Assembly (NCBI GenBank): GCA_964016885.1
Contig: OZ024740.1
Location: 430,776,001-430,840,000, forward strand
DNA length: 64,000 nucleotides
DNA from: Eledone cirrhosa
Lineage: Eukaryota
Reading direction: 5' to 3'
A program made the translations under genes and the position numbers. Shown here piece by piece: positions 38,165-53,400 of the stretch; position 1 is the stretch's first letter, and each line of letters begins with the position of its first letter. The notes below the pieces were generated by a model that had not been told where the DNA came from, searched no databases, and saw nothing but the letters and a program-made list of their open reading frames with translations.

Positions 38165-39962
38165 CAGGTCATGAAGGTCACGGAAAAAGTAATAGCGCAA
38201 ATAATCAGAGAGAGAATCGACCTAGATGAAATGCAGTTCGGGTTTGTGTCAGGCAAAAGTACCACAGACGCTCTTTTCATAGTACGACAACTACAGGAGA
38301 AGTACCTAGCTAAAGGTAAACCCCTCTACTTAGCTTTTGTCGACTTGGAGAAAGCCTTCGACAGAGTCCCCCGCTCCATTATCTGGTGGGCTCTTAGAAA
38401 ACTAGGCGTTGACGAATGGCTTGTGAGGGCTATACAAGCCATGTATAAAGAAACAGTCAGCAAGGTTAGAATTAACAACGAATATAGTGAAGAGTTTAGC
38501 GTAAAAGTTGGCGTCCATCAGGGCTCTGTTCTCAGCCCCCTACTATTTATTATTGCCCTTCAGGCTATAACAGAGGAGTTCAAGACAGGCTGCCCATGGG
38601 AACTCCTATACGCAGACGACCTGACACTCATAGCGGAATCAATGGCCGAGCTAGAGAAGAAATTCCAAACATGGAAGCATGGCCTAGAGTCAAAAGGACT
38701 TAAAATTAACCTGGCTAAGACCAAAGTTCTAGTTTGTAGGAAAGAAAACAAGGCGGCGGTCCCTTCTGGGAAATGGTCGTGCTCGGTGTGTAGGAAAGGC
38801 GTAGGTAGAAACTCCATTTTATGTCCTAAATACAAAGTATGGGTGCATAAAAGATGTAGTGGGATCACAGGTAAGCTAACTAAGAACATAGATTTTACAT
38901 GTGGCCGGTGTTCTGGTGCAATAAGTAGCAGCAAGTGCCCACAGAATACTAGCTCTTTCAATTGCGCAGAGGGTTCTATAGAAATAGTGGACAGCTTCCG
39001 TTACCTGGGCGATAAAATCAGCAGTGGGGGAGGGTGCTCTGAAAGTACTGTAGCTAGAGTCAGAACTGGTTGGAAAAAGTTCAGAGAGCTTATACCACTA
39101 TTAGCTGCTAAAGGGTTCTCCCTAAAAATGAAAGGCAGGTTGTACGATGCCTGCATACGAACAGCAATGCTGCATGGCAGTGAGACCTGAGCATTGTGTG
39201 CAGAGGATATACGCAGACTAGAGAGGAACGAAGCTTGCATGCTCCGCTGGATGCGTAACAGTAATATACATGAACAGCAAAGCATAAACGAACTAAGGAA
39301 AAAATTAGAGATAAGAGGGATCAGATGTTGTTTACTCGAGAGAAGGCTACGTTGGTATGGACACGTGATGCGCATGAAAGTCGATAGCTGTATAACAAAG
39401 TGCAGGGCAATAAAGATAGACGGTAGTCACGGAATAGGCAGACCTAGAAAAACCTGGGACGAGCTGATAAACTCCGACATCACACACTTACACCTCTCCA
39501 AGACAATGTCACTGGACCGAGACCTTTGGCGCTACTCAGTAACAGAGAAGCCCCGCCTTACCTAAATATATAGTAAAACCTACTCCAACCAGTAGGCATC
39601 TCTAACAAAATACACCCCGTCCCACCACCACCGCCCCCACCCCATCCACACCACCCCGTTCTATGTAAAGTTATGTTGGTGCCGCGCCATAGGCCGAAAC
39701 AAATGAGATTGTGTAGGTGTCACGACAAAAAAACACACAGTCCACGCTGTAATGTGGCCGTGTAGGCAACACGGTAAAAACCTCCCAGACCCACACTGTA
39801 AATGTGGTTGGTGTTAGGAAGGGCATCGAACTGTAGAAAACCTGCCAGACAGTCCTATGCGAGCAAGACAATCACTCTTGCCTCAAGTGGGACTACCCCC
39901 GTCCAAACCCATGCAAGCGTGGAACACGGACGTTAAACGTTGATGATGATGATGATGATGAT
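38165..39962 (+). mobile_element. RTE family A (PHD-containing), 5'-truncated, one in-frame stop, (GAT)n tail
   Basis: ORFs 38171-39190 and 39194-39565 are in the same frame ([24 protein letters not shown]). It is a close relative of 10580-12533. Confidence 0.94.
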
Positions 39963-40477
39963 ACACATATATACACATATATACACATATATGCACATAC
40001 ATACACATATATATACAAATATACACATACATACACATACATACACATATATACACATATATACACATATATACACATACATACACATACATACACATAT
40101 ATACACATATATACACAGATATACACATATATACACATATATACACATATATACACATATATACACATACATACATATACATACACATATATACACAGAT
40201 ATACACATATATACACATATATACACATATATACACATATATACACATATATACACAGATATACACATATATACACATATATACACATATATACACATAT
40301 ATACACATATATACACATACATACGCATACATACACATACATACACATATATACACAGATATACACATATATACACATATATACACATACATACGCATAC
40401 ATACACATATATACACATATATACACAGATATACACATATATACACATATATACACATATATACACATATATACACA
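39963..40477. repeat. (ATACACATAT)n 10-bp tandem repeat
   Basis: Directly visible. Confidence 0.96.
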
Positions 40478-41170
40478 TGGGCGCTGAAGGTGGAAGACTT
40501 ACGTAGATTAGAGAGAAACGAAGCCTGCATGCTCCGATGGATGTGTAACAGTAATATACGTGAACGACAAAGCATAAATGAATTGAGAGAGAGACTGAGC
40601 ATAAGAGGAATCAAATGCTGCGTGCAGGAGAGGCGGTTACGCTGGTATGGACATGTGATGCGTATGAAGGATGACAGCTGCATAAAAAGGTGCAGAGCAC
40701 TAGAAATTGATGGAAACCGCGGAGTGGGGAGACCCAAGATGACTTGGGATGAGGTGATAAAAGCCGACCTTACCCAACTACACCTCTCAAAGTCAATGAC
40801 ACACGACCGTGACTTCTGGCGTCACGCAGTAATACAGGGTACCCGACCTCCCATGGGTACATGCTGAAGCATATAAACAATATGCCCCCCCCCCCCCCCA
40901 CCGCAAGGTGGTCGTGGAGGTGCCACGGCAAAAAAGCACCCAGCCCACACTGTAAAGTGGACGTGTAGGCGCCACGAAAAAGCACCCAGCACTCACTGTA
41001 AATGAGGTTGGTGTTAGGAAGGGCATCCAGCTGTAGAAATCAAGCCAGATCAGTTCCTGTATGAGCAAGGCATGGTCAGCCGACCAGACACTGCCCACAA
41101 CAGGACAACCCGTCTAACCCATGCTAGCGTGGAAGAACGGACGTAAAACGGTGATGATGATGATGATGAT
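40478..41170 (+). mobile_element. RTE 3' fragment (related subfamily) with complete 3' UTR and (GAT)n tail
   Basis: ORF EDLRRLERNEACMLRWMC...[12 protein letters not shown]...GRPKMTW, with the tail at 41152-41170. Confidence 0.9.
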
Positions 41171-41250
41171 ACAGAGATACCAGCTGACATACATATACAT
41201 ATTCACACAAGAAGGAATAGCTTTATACACACACACACACATATACATAT

Positions 41251-41410
41251 ATCATCATCATCATCGTTTAACGTCCATCTTCCACGCTAGCATGGGTTGG
41301 ACGGTTTTGCCCCACTTGAGGCAAGATTGATTGGGAGACCGCGTCTCGCTCGTACAGAACTGCTTCTAGCAGGTTTTCTATGGCTGGATGTCCTTCCTAA
41401 CACCAACCAC
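41251..41410 (-). mobile_element. Extreme 3' end of an RTE, continuous with the 48-bp satellite
   Basis: (CAT)n CGTTTAACGTCC...GCATGGG...TTTCTATGGCTGGATGTCCTTCCTAACACCAACCAC matches the RTE 3' terminus at 10580-10745. Confidence 0.88.
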
Positions 41411-44400
41411 TTCACAGTATGGACTGGGTGCTTTTTGTTGTGTCACCTACATGACCACTTTACAGTGTGGACTGGGTGCTTTTTGTTGTGTCACCTACAT
41501 GACCACTTTACAGTATGGACTGGGTGCTTTTTGTTGTGTCACCTACATGACCACTTTACAGTGTGGACTGGGTGCTTTTTGTTGTGTCACCTACATGACC
41601 ACTTTACAGTATGGACTGGGTGCTTTTTGTTGTGTCACCTACATGACCACTTTACAGTGTGGATTGGGTGCTTTTTGTTGTGTCACCTACATGACCACTT
41701 TACAGTGTGGACTGGGTGCTTTTTGTTGTGTCACCTACATGATCACTTTACAGTGTGGAATGGGTGCTTTTTGTTGTGTCACCTACATGACAACTTTACA
41801 GTGTGGACTGGGTGCTTTTTGTTGTGTCACCTACATGACCACTTTACAGTGTGGACTGGGTGCTTTTTGTTGTGTCACTTACATGACCACTTTATGTGTG
41901 GACTGGGTGCTTTTTGTTGTGTCACCTACATGATCACTTTACAGTGTGGACTGGGTGCTTTTTGTTGTGTCACCTACATGACCACTTTACAGTGTCGAAT
42001 GGGTGCTTTTTGTTGTGTCACCTACATGACCACTTTACAGTGTGGACTGGGTACTTTTTGTTGTGTCACCTACATGACCACTTTACAGTGTGAAATGGGT
42101 GCTTTTTGTTGTGTCACCTACATGACCAATTTACAGTGTGGACTGGGTGCTTTTTGTTGTGTCACCTACATGACCACTTTACAGTGTGGAATGGGTGCTT
42201 TTTGTTGTGTCACCTACATGATCACTTTACAGTGTGGAATGGGTGCTTTTTGTGGTGTCACCTACATGACCATTTTACAGTGTGGAATGGGTGCTTTTTG
42301 TTGTGTCACCTACATGATCACTTTACAGTGTGGACTGGGTGCTTTTTTTTGTGTCAACTACATGACCACTTTACAGTGTGGTCTGGGTGCTTTTTGTTGT
42401 GTCACCTACATGACCACTTTACAGTGTGGAATGGGTGCTTTTTGTTGTGTCACCTACATGATCACTTTACAGTGTGGAATGGGTGCTTTTTGTTGTGTCA
42501 CCTACATGATCACTTTACAGTATGGACTGGGTGCTTTTTGTTGTGTCACCTACATGATCACTTTACAGTGTGGAATGGGTGCTTTTTGTTGTGTCACCTA
42601 CATGATCACTTTACAGTATGGACTGGGTGCTTTTTGTTGTGTCACCTACATGATCACTTTACAGTGTGGAATGGGTGCTTTTTGTTGTGACACCTACATG
42701 ACCACTTTACAGTGTGGACTGGGTGCTTTTTGTTGTGTCACCTACATGATCACTTTACAAAGTGGAATGGGTGCTTTTTGTTGTGTCACCTACATGACCA
42801 CTTTACAGTGTGGAATGGGTGCTTTTTGTTGTGTCACCTACATGACCACTTTACAGTGTGGACTGGGTGCTTTTTGTTGTGTCACCTACATGATTACTTT
42901 ACAGTGTGGAATGGGTGCTTTTTGTTGTGTCACCTACATGACCACTTTACAGTGTGGACTGGGTGCTTTTTGTTGTGTAACCTACATGACCACTTTACAG
43001 TGTGAAATGGGTGCTTTTTGTTGTGTCACCTACATGACCACTTTACAGTGTGGATTGGGTGCTTTTTGTTGTGTCACCTACATGACCACTTTACAGTGTG
43101 GAATGGGTGCTTTTTGTTGTGTCACCTACATGACCATTTTACAGTGTGGATGGGTGCTTTTTGTTGTGTCACCTACATGATCACTTTACAGTGTGGACTG
43201 GGTGCTTTTTTTGTGTCAACTACATGACCACTTTACAGTGTGGTCTGGGTGCTTTTTGTTGTGTCACCTACATGACCACTTTACAGTGTGGAATGGGTGC
43301 TTTTTGTTGTGTCACCTACATGATCACTTTACAGTGTGGAATGGGTGCTTTTTGTTGTGTCACCTACATGATCACTTTACAGTATGGACTGGGTGCTTTT
43401 TGTTGTGTCACCTACATGATCACTTTACAGTGTGGAATGGGTGCTTTTTGTTGTGTCACCTACATGATCACTTTACAGTATGGACTGGGTGCTTTTTGTT
43501 GTGTCACCTACATGATCACTTTACAGTGTGGAATGGGTGCTTTTTGTTGTGTCACCTACATGACCACTTTACAGTGTGGACTGGGTGCTTTTTGTTGTGT
43601 CACCTACATGATCACTTTACAATGTGGAATGGGTGCTTTTTGTTGTGTCACCTACATGACCACTTTACAGTGTGGAATGGGTGCTTTTTGTTGTGTCACC
43701 TACATGACCACTTTACAGTGTGGACTGGGTGCTTTTTGTTGTGTCACCTACATGACCACTTTACAGTGTGGAATGGGTGCTTTTTGTTGTGTCACCTACA
43801 TGATCACTTTACAGTGTGGTATGGGTGCTTTTTGTTGTGTCACCTACATGACCACTTTACAGTGTGGACTGGGTGCTTTTTGTTGTGTAACCTACATGAC
43901 AACTTTACAGTGTGAAATGGGTGCTTTTTGTTGTGTCACCTACATGACCACTTTACAGTGTGGAATGGGTGCTTTTTGTTGTGTCACCTACATGACCACT
44001 TTACAGTGTAGACTGGGTGCTTTTTGTTGTGTCACCTACATGATCACTTTACAGTGTGGACTGGGTGCTTTTTGTTGTGCCAACTACATGACCACTTTAC
44101 AGTGTAGACTGGGTGCTTTTTGTTGTGTCACCTACATGACCACTTTACAGTGTGGTCTGGGTGCTTTTTGTTGTGTCACCTACATGACCACTTTACAGTG
44201 TGGAATGGGTGCTTTTTGTTGTGTCACCTACATGATCACTTTACAGTGTGGACTGGGTGCTTTTTGTTGTGTCACCTACATGACCACTTTACAGTGTAGA
44301 CTGGGTGCTTTTTGTTGTGTCACCTACATGATCACTTTACAGTGTGGAATGGGTGCTTTTTGTTGTGTCACCTACATGACCACTTTACAGTGTGGACTGG

Positions 44401-47400
44401 GTGCTTTTTGTTGTGTCACCTACATGATCACTTTACAATGTGGAATGGGAGCTTTTTGTTGAGTCACCTACATGACCACTTTACAGTGTGGAATGGGTGC
44501 TTTTTGTTGTGTCACCTACATGACCACTTTACAGTGTGGACTGGGTGCTTTTTGTTGTGTCACCTACATGACCACTTTACAGTGTGGAATGGGTGCTTTT
44601 TGATGTGTCACCTACATGATCACTTTACAGTGTGGAATGGGTGCTTTTTGTTGTGTCACCTACATGACCACTTTACAGTGTGGACTGGGTGCTTTTTGTT
44701 GTGTAACCTACATGACCACTTTACAGTGTGAAATGGGTGCTTTTTGTTGTGTCACCTACATGACCACTTTACAGTGTGGACTGGGTGCTTTTTGTTGTGT
44801 CACTTACATGACCACTTTATGTGTGGACTGGGTGCTTTTTGTTGTGTCACCTACATGATCACTTTACAGTGTGGACTGGGTGCTTTTTGTTGTGTCACCT
44901 ACATGACCACTTTACAGTGTCGAATGGGTGCTTTTTGTTGTGTCACCTACATGACCACTTTACAGTGTGGACTGGGTGCTTTTTGTTGTGTCACCTACAT
45001 GATCACTTTACAGTGTGGACTGGGTGCTTTTTGTTGTGTCACCTACATGACCACTTTACAGTGTCGAATGGGTGCTTTTTGTTGTGTCACCTACATGACC
45101 ACTTTACAGTGTGAAATGGGTACTTTTTGTTGTGTCACCTACATGACCACTTTACAGTGTGGACTGGGTGCTTTTTGTTGTGTAACCTACATGACCACTT
45201 TACAGTGTGAAATGGGTGCTTTTTGTTGTGTCACCTACATGACCACTTTACAGTGTGGATTGGGTGCTTTTTGTTGTGTCACCTACATGACCACTTTACA
45301 GTGTGGAATGGGTGCTTTTTGTTGTGTCACCTACATGACCATTTTACAGTGTGGAATGGGTGCTTTTTGTTGTGTCACCTACATGATCACTTTACAGTGT
45401 GGACTGGGTGCTTTTTTTTGTGTCAACTACATGACCACTTTACAGTGTGGTCTGGGTGCTTTTTGTTGTGTCACCTACATGACCACTTTACAGTGTGGAA
45501 TGGGTGCTTTTTGTTGTGTCACCTACATGATCACTTTACAGTGTGGAATGGGTGCTTTTTGTTGTGTCACCTACATGATCACTTTACAGTATGGACTGGG
45601 TGCTTTTTGTTGTGTCACCTACATGATCACTTTACAGTGTGGAATGGGTGCTTTTTGTTGTGTCACCTACATGATCACTTTACAGTATGGACTGGGTGCT
45701 TTTTGTTGTGTCACCTACATGATCACTTTACAGTGTGGAATGGGTGCTTTTTGTTGTGTCACCTACATGACCACTTTACAGTGTGGACTGGGTGCTTTTT
45801 GTTGTGTCACCTACATGATCACTTTACAATGTGGAATGGGTGCTTTTTGTTGTGTCACCTACATGACCACTTTACAGTGTGGAATGGGTGCTTTTTGTTG
45901 TGTCACCTACATGACCACTTTACAGTGTGGACTGGGTGCTTTTTGTTGTGTCACCTACATGACCACTTTACAGTGTGGAATGGGTGCTTTTTATTGTGTC
46001 ACCTACATGATCACTTTACAGTGTGGTATGGGTGCTTTTTGTTGTGTCACCTACATGACCACTTTACAGTGTGGACTGGGTGCTTTTTGTTGTGTAACCT
46101 ACATGACAACTTTACAGTGTGAAATGGGTGCTTTTTGTTGTGTCACCTACATGACCACTTTACAGTGTGGAATGGGTGCTTTTTGTTGTGTCACCTACAT
46201 GACCACTTTACAATGTAGACTGGGTGCTTTTTGTTGTGTCACCTACATGATCACTTTACAGTGTGGACTGGGTGCTTTTTGTTGTGCCAACTACATGACC
46301 ACTTTACAGTGTAGACTGGGTGCTTTTTGTTGTGTCACCTACATGACCACTTTACAGTGTGGTCTGGGTGCTTTTTGTTGTGTCACCTACATGACCACTT
46401 TACAGTGTGGAATGGGTGCTTTTTGTTGTGTCACCTACATGATCACTTTACAGTGTGGACTGGGTGCTTTTTGTTGTGTCACCTACATGACCACTTTACA
46501 GTGTAGACTGGGTGCTTTTTGTTGTGTCACCTACATGACCAATTTACAGTGTGGACTGGGTTCTTTTTGTTGTGTCACCTACATGATCACTTTACAGTGT
46601 GGACTGGGTGCTTTTTTTTGTGTCAACTACATGACCACTTTACAGTGTGGTCTGGGTGCTTTTTGTTGTGTCACTTACATGACCACTTTACAGTGTGGAC
46701 TGGGTGCTTTTTGTTGTGTCACCTACATGACCACTTTACAGTGTGGAATGGGTGCTTTTTGTTGTGTCACCTACATGATCACTTTACAGTGTGGAATGGG
46801 TGCTTTTTGTTGTGTCACCTACATGACCATTTTACAGTGTGGAATGGGTGCTTTTTGTTGTGTCACCTACATGATCACTTTACAGTGTGGACTGGGTGCT
46901 TTTTTTTGTGTCAACTACATGACCACTTTACAGTGTGGTCTGGGTGCTTTTTGTTGTGTCACCTACATGACCACTTTACAGTGTGGAATGGGTGCTTTTT
47001 GTTGTGTCACCTACATGATCACTTTACAGTGTGGAATGGGTGCTTTTTGTTGTGTCACCTACATGATCACTTTAGAGTATGGACTGGGTGCTTTTTGTTG
47101 TGTCACCTACATGATCACTTTACAGTGTGGAATGGGTGCTTTTTGTTGTGTCACCTATATGATCACTTTACAGTATGGACTGGGTGCTTTTTGTTGTGTC
47201 ACCTACATGATCACTTTACAGTGTGGAATGGGTGCTTTTTGTTGTGTCACCTACATGACCACTTTACAGTGTGGACTGGGTGCTTTTTGTTGTGTCACCT
47301 ACATGATCACTTTACAATGTGGAATGGGTGCTTTTTGTTGTGTCACCTACATGACCACTTTACAGTGTGGAATGGGTGCTTTTTGTTGTGTCACCTACAT

Positions 47401-50400
47401 GACCACTTTACAGTGTGGACTGGGTGCTTTTTGTTGTGTCACCTACATGATCACTTTACAGTGTGGAATGGGTGCTTTTTGTTGTGTCACCTACATGACC
47501 ACTTTACAGTGTGGACTGGGTGCTTTTTGTTGTGTAACCTACATGACCACTTTACAGTGTGAAATGGGTGCTTTTTGTTGTGTCACCTACATGACCACTT
47601 TACAGTGTGGATTGGGTGCTTTTTGTTGTGTCACCTACATGACCACTTTACAGTGTGGAATGGGTGCTTTTTGTTGTGTCACCTACATGACCATTTTACA
47701 GTGTGGAATGGGTGCTTTTTGTTGTGTCACCTACATGATCACTTTACAGTGTGGACTGTGTGCTTTTTTTTGTGTCAACTACATGACCACTTTACAGTGT
47801 GGTCTGGGTGCTTTTTGTTGTGCCACCTACATGACCACTTTACAGTGTGGAATGGGTGCTTTTTGTTGTGTCACCTACATGATCACTTTACAGTGTGGAA
47901 TGGGTGCTTTTTGTTGTGTCACCTACATGATCACTTTACAGTATGGAGTGGGTGCTTTTTGTTGTGTCACCTACATGATCACTTTACAGTGTGGAATGGG
48001 TGCTTTTTGTTGTGTCACCTACATGATCACTTTACAGTATGGACTGGGTGCTTTTTGTTGTGTCACCTACATGATCACTTTACAGTGTGGAATGGGTGCT
48101 TTTTGTTGTGTCACCTACATGACCACTTTACAGTGTGGACTGGGTGCTTTTTGTTGTGTCACCTACATGACCACTTTACAGTGTGGAATGGGTGCTTTTT
48201 GTTGTCACCTACATGATCACTTTACAGTGTGGTATGGGTGCTTTTTGTTGTGTCACCTACATGACCACTTTACAGTGTGGACTGGGTGCTTTTTGTTGTG
48301 TAACCTACATGACAACTTTACAGTGTGAAATGGGTGCTTTTTGTTGTGTCACCTACATGACCACTTTACAGTGTGGAATGGGTGCTTTTTGTTGTGTCAC
48401 CTACATGACCACTTTACAGTGTAGACTGGGTGCTTTTTGTTGTGTCACCTACATGATCACTTTACAGTGTGGACTGGGTGCTTTTTGTTGTGCCAACTAC
48501 ATGACCACTTTACAGTGTAGACTGGGTGCTTTTTGTTGTGTCACCTACATGACCACTTTACAGTGTGGTCTGGGTGCTTTTTGTTGTGTCACCTACATGA
48601 CCACTTTACAGTGTGGAATGGGTGCTTTTTGTTGTGTCACCTACATGATCACTTTACAGTGTGGACTGGGTGCTTTTTGTTGTGTCACCTACATGACCAC
48701 TTTACAGTGTAGACTGGGTGCTTTTTGTTGTGTCACCTACATGATCACTTTACAGTGTGGAATGGGTGCTTTTTGTTGTGTCACCTACATGACCACTTTA
48801 CAGTGTGGACTGGGTGCTTTTTGTTGTGTCACCTACATGATCACTTTACAATGTGGAATGGGAGCTTTTTGTTGAGTCACCTACATGACCACTTTACAGT
48901 GTGGAATGGGTGCTTTTTGTTGTGTCACCTACATGACCACTTTACAGTGTGGACTGGGTGCTTTTTTTTGTGTCAACTACATGACCACTTTACAGTGTGG
49001 TCTGGGTGCTTTTTGTTGTGTCACTTACATGACCACTTTACAGTGTGGACTGGGTGCTTTTTGTTGTGTCACCTACATGATCACTTTACAGTGTGGAATG
49101 GGTGCTTTTTGTTGTGTCACCTACATGATCACTTTACAGTGTGGACTGGGTGCTTTTTTTTGTGTCAACTACATGACCACTTTACAGTGTGGTCTGGGTG
49201 CTTTTTGTTGTGTCACTTACATGACCACTTTACAGTGTGGACTGGGTGCTTTTTGTTGTGTCACCTACATGACCACTTTACAGTGTGGAATGGGTGCTTT
49301 TTGTTGTGTCACCTACATGATCACTTTACAGTGTGGAATGGGTGCTTTTTGTTGTGTCACCTACATGACCATTTTACAGTGTGGAATGGGTGCTTTTTGT
49401 TGTGTCACCTACATGATCACTTTACAGTGTGGACTGGGTGCTTTTTTTTGTGTCAACTACATGACCACTTTACAGTGTGGTCTGGGTGCTTTTTGTTGTG
49501 TCACCAACATGACCACTTTACAGTGTGGAATGGGTGCTTTTTGTTGTGTCACCTACATGATCACTTTACAGTGTGGAATGGGTGGTTTTTGTTGTGTCAC
49601 CTACATGATCACTTTAGAGTATGGACTGGGTGCTTTTTGTTGTGTCACCTACATGATCACTTTACAGTGTGGAATGGGTGCTTTTTGTTGTGTCACCTAC
49701 ATGATCACTTTACAGTATGGACTGGGTGCTTTTTGTTGTGTCACCTACATGATCACTTTACAGTGTGGAATGGGTGCTTTTTGTTGTGTCACCTACATGA
49801 CCACTTTACAGTGTGGACTGGGTGCTTTTTGTTGTGTCACCTACATGATCACTTTACAATGTGGAATGGGTGCTTTTTGTTGTGTCACCTACATGACCAC
49901 TTTACAGTGTGGAATGGGTGCTTTTTGTTGTGTCACCTACATGACCACTTTACAGTGTGGACTGGGTGCTTTTTGTTGTGTCACCTACATGATCACTTTA
50001 CAGTGTGGAATGGGTGCTTTTTGTTGTGTCACCTACATGACCACTTTACAGTGTGGACTGGGTGCTTTTTGTTGTGTAACCTACATGACCACTTTACAGT
50101 GTGAAATGGGTGCTTTTTGTTGTGTCACCTACATGACCACTTTACAGTGTGGATTGGGTGCTTTTTGTTGTGTCACCTACATGACCACTTTACAGTGTGG
50201 AATGGGTGCTTTTTGTTGTGTCACCTACATGACCATTTTACAGTGTGGAATGGGTGCTTTTTGTTGTGTCACCTACATGATCACTTTACAGTGTGGACTG
50301 GGTGCTTTTTTTTGTGTCAACTACATGACCACTTTACAGTGTGGTCTGGGTGCTTTTTGTTGTGCCACCTACATGACCACTTTACAGTGTGGAATGGGTG

Positions 50401-53400
50401 CTTTTTGTTGTGTCACCTACATGATCACTTTACAGTGTGGAATGGGTGCTTTTTGTTGTGTCACCTACATGATCACTTTACAGTATGGAGTGGGTGCTTT
50501 TTGTTGTGTCACCTACATGATCACTTTACAGTGTGGATTGGGTGCTTTTTGTTGTGTCACCTACATGATCACTTTACAGTATGGACTGGGTGCTTTTTGT
50601 TGTGTCACCTACATGATCACTTTACAGTGTGGAATGGGTGCTTTTTGTTGTGTCACCTACATGACCACTTTACAGTGTGGACTGGGTGCTTTTTGTTGTG
50701 TCACCTACATGATCACTTTACAATGTGGAATGGGTGCTTTTTGTTGTGTCACCTACATGACCACTTTACAGTGTGGAATGGGTGCTTTTTGTTGTGTCAC
50801 CTACATGACCACTTTACAGTGTGGACTGGGTGCTTTTTGTTGTGTCACCTACATGACCACTTTACAGTGTGGAATGGGTGCTTTTTGTTGTGTCACCTAC
50901 ATGATCACTTTACAGTGTGGTATGGGTGCTTTTTGTTGTGTCACCTACATGACCACTTTACAGTGTGGACTGGGTGCTTTTTGTTGTGTAACCTACATGA
51001 CAACTTTACAGTGTGAAATGGGTGCTTTTTGTTGTGTCACCTACATGACCACTTTACAGTGTGGAATGGGTGCTTTTTGTTGTGTCACCTACATGACCAC
51101 TTTACAGTGTAGACTGGGTGCTTTTTGTTGTGTCACCTACATGATCACTTTACAGTGTGGACTGGGTGCTTTTTGTTGTGCCAACTACATGACCACTTTA
51201 CAGTGTAGACTGGGTGCTTTTTGTTGTGTCACCTACATGACCACTTTACAGTGTGGTCTGGGTGCTTTTTGTTGTGTCACCTACATGACCACTTTACAGT
51301 GTGGAATGGGTGCTTTTTGTTGTGTCACCTACATGATCACTTTACAGTGTGGACTGGGTGCTTTTTGTTGTGTCACCTACATGACCACTTTACAGTGTAG
51401 ACTGGGTGCTTTTTGTTGTGTCACCGACATGATCACTTTACAGTGTGGAATGGGTGCTTTTTGGTGTGTCACCGACATGACCACTTTACAGTGTGGACTG
51501 GGTGCTTTTTGTTGTGTCACCTACATGATCACTTTACAATGTGGAATGGGAGCTTTTTGTTGAGTCACCTACATGACCACTTTACAGTGTGGAATGGGTG
51601 CTTTTTGTTGTGTCACCTACATGACCACTTTACAGTGTGGACTGGGTGCTTTTTGTTGTGTCACCTACATGACCACTTTACAGTGTGGATTGGGTGCTTT
51701 TTGTTGTGTCACCTACATGATCACTTTACAGTGTGGAATGGGTGCTTTTTGTTGTGTCACCTACATGACCACTTTACAGTGTGGACTGGGTGCTTTTTGT
51801 TGTGTAACCTACATGACCACTTTACAGTGTGAAATGGGTGCTTTTTGTTGTGTCACCTACATGACCACTTTACAGTGTGAAATGGGTGCTTTTTGTTGTG
51901 TCACCTACATGACCACTTTACAGTGTGGAATGGGTGCTTTTTGTTGTGTCACCTACATGATCACTTTACAGTGTGGACTGGGTGCTTTTTGTTGTGCCAA
52001 CTACATGACCACTTTACAGTGTAGACTGGGTGCTTTTTGTTGTGTCACCTACATGACCACTTTACAGTGTGGACTGGGTGCTTTTTGTTGTGTCACCTAC
52101 ATGACCACTTTACAGTGTGGAATAGGTGCTTTTTGTTGTGTCACCTACATGATCACTTTACAGTGTGGACTGGGTGCTTTTTGTTGTGTCACCTACATGA
52201 CCACTTTACAGTGTGGACTGGGTGCTTTTTGTTGTGTCACTTACATGACCACTTTATGTGTGGACTGGGTGCTTTTTGTTGTGTCACCTACATGATCACT
52301 TTACAGTGTGGACTGGGTGCTTTTTGTTGTGTCACCTACATGACCACTTTACAGTGTCGAATGGGTGCTTTTTGTTGTGTCACCTACATGACCACTTTAC
52401 AGTGTGGACTGGGTACTTTTTGTTGTGTCACCTACATGACCACTTTACAGTGTGAAATGGGTACTTTTTGTTGTGTCACCTACATGACCACTTTACAGTG
52501 TGGAATGGGTGCTTTTTGTTGTGTCACCTACATGATCACTTTACAGTGTGGAATGGGTGCTTTTTGTTGTGTCACCTACATGACCACTTTACAGTGTGGA
52601 CTGGGTGCTTTTTGTTGTGTAACCTACATGACCACTTTACAGTGTGAAATGGGTGCTTTTTGTTGTGTCACCTACATGACCACTTTACAGTGTGGATTGG
52701 GTGCTTTTTGTTGTGTCACCTACATGACCACTTTACAGTGTGGAATGGGTGCTTTTTGTTGTGTCACCTACATGACCATTTTACAGTGTGGAATGGGTGC
52801 TTTTTGTTGTGTCACCTACATGACCACTTTACAGTGTAGACTGGGTGCTTTTTGTTGTGTCACCTACATGATCACTTTACAGTGTGGACTGGGTGCTTTT
52901 TGTTGTGCCAACTACATGACCACTTTACAGTGTAGACTGGGTGCTTTTTGTTGTGTCACCTACATGACCACTTTACAGTGTGGTCTGGGTGCTTTTTGTT
53001 GTGTCACCTACATGACCACTTTACAGTGTGGAATGGGTGCTTTTTGTTGTGTCACCTACATGATCACTTTACAGTGTGGACTGGGTGCTTTTTGTTGTGT
53101 CACCTACATGACCACTTTACAGTGTAGACTGGGTGCTTTTTGTTGTGTCACCTACATGATCACTTTACAGTGTGGAATGGGTGCTTTTTGTTGTGTCACC
53201 TACATGACCACTTTACAGTGTGGACTGGGTGCTTTTTGTTGTGTCACCTACATGATCACTTTACAATGTGGAATGGGAGCTTTTTGTTGAGTCACCTACA
53301 TGACCACTTTACAGTGTGGAATGGGTGCTTTTTGTTGTGTCACCTACATGATCACTTTACAGTGTGGACTGGGTGCTTTTTTTTGTGTCAACTACATGAC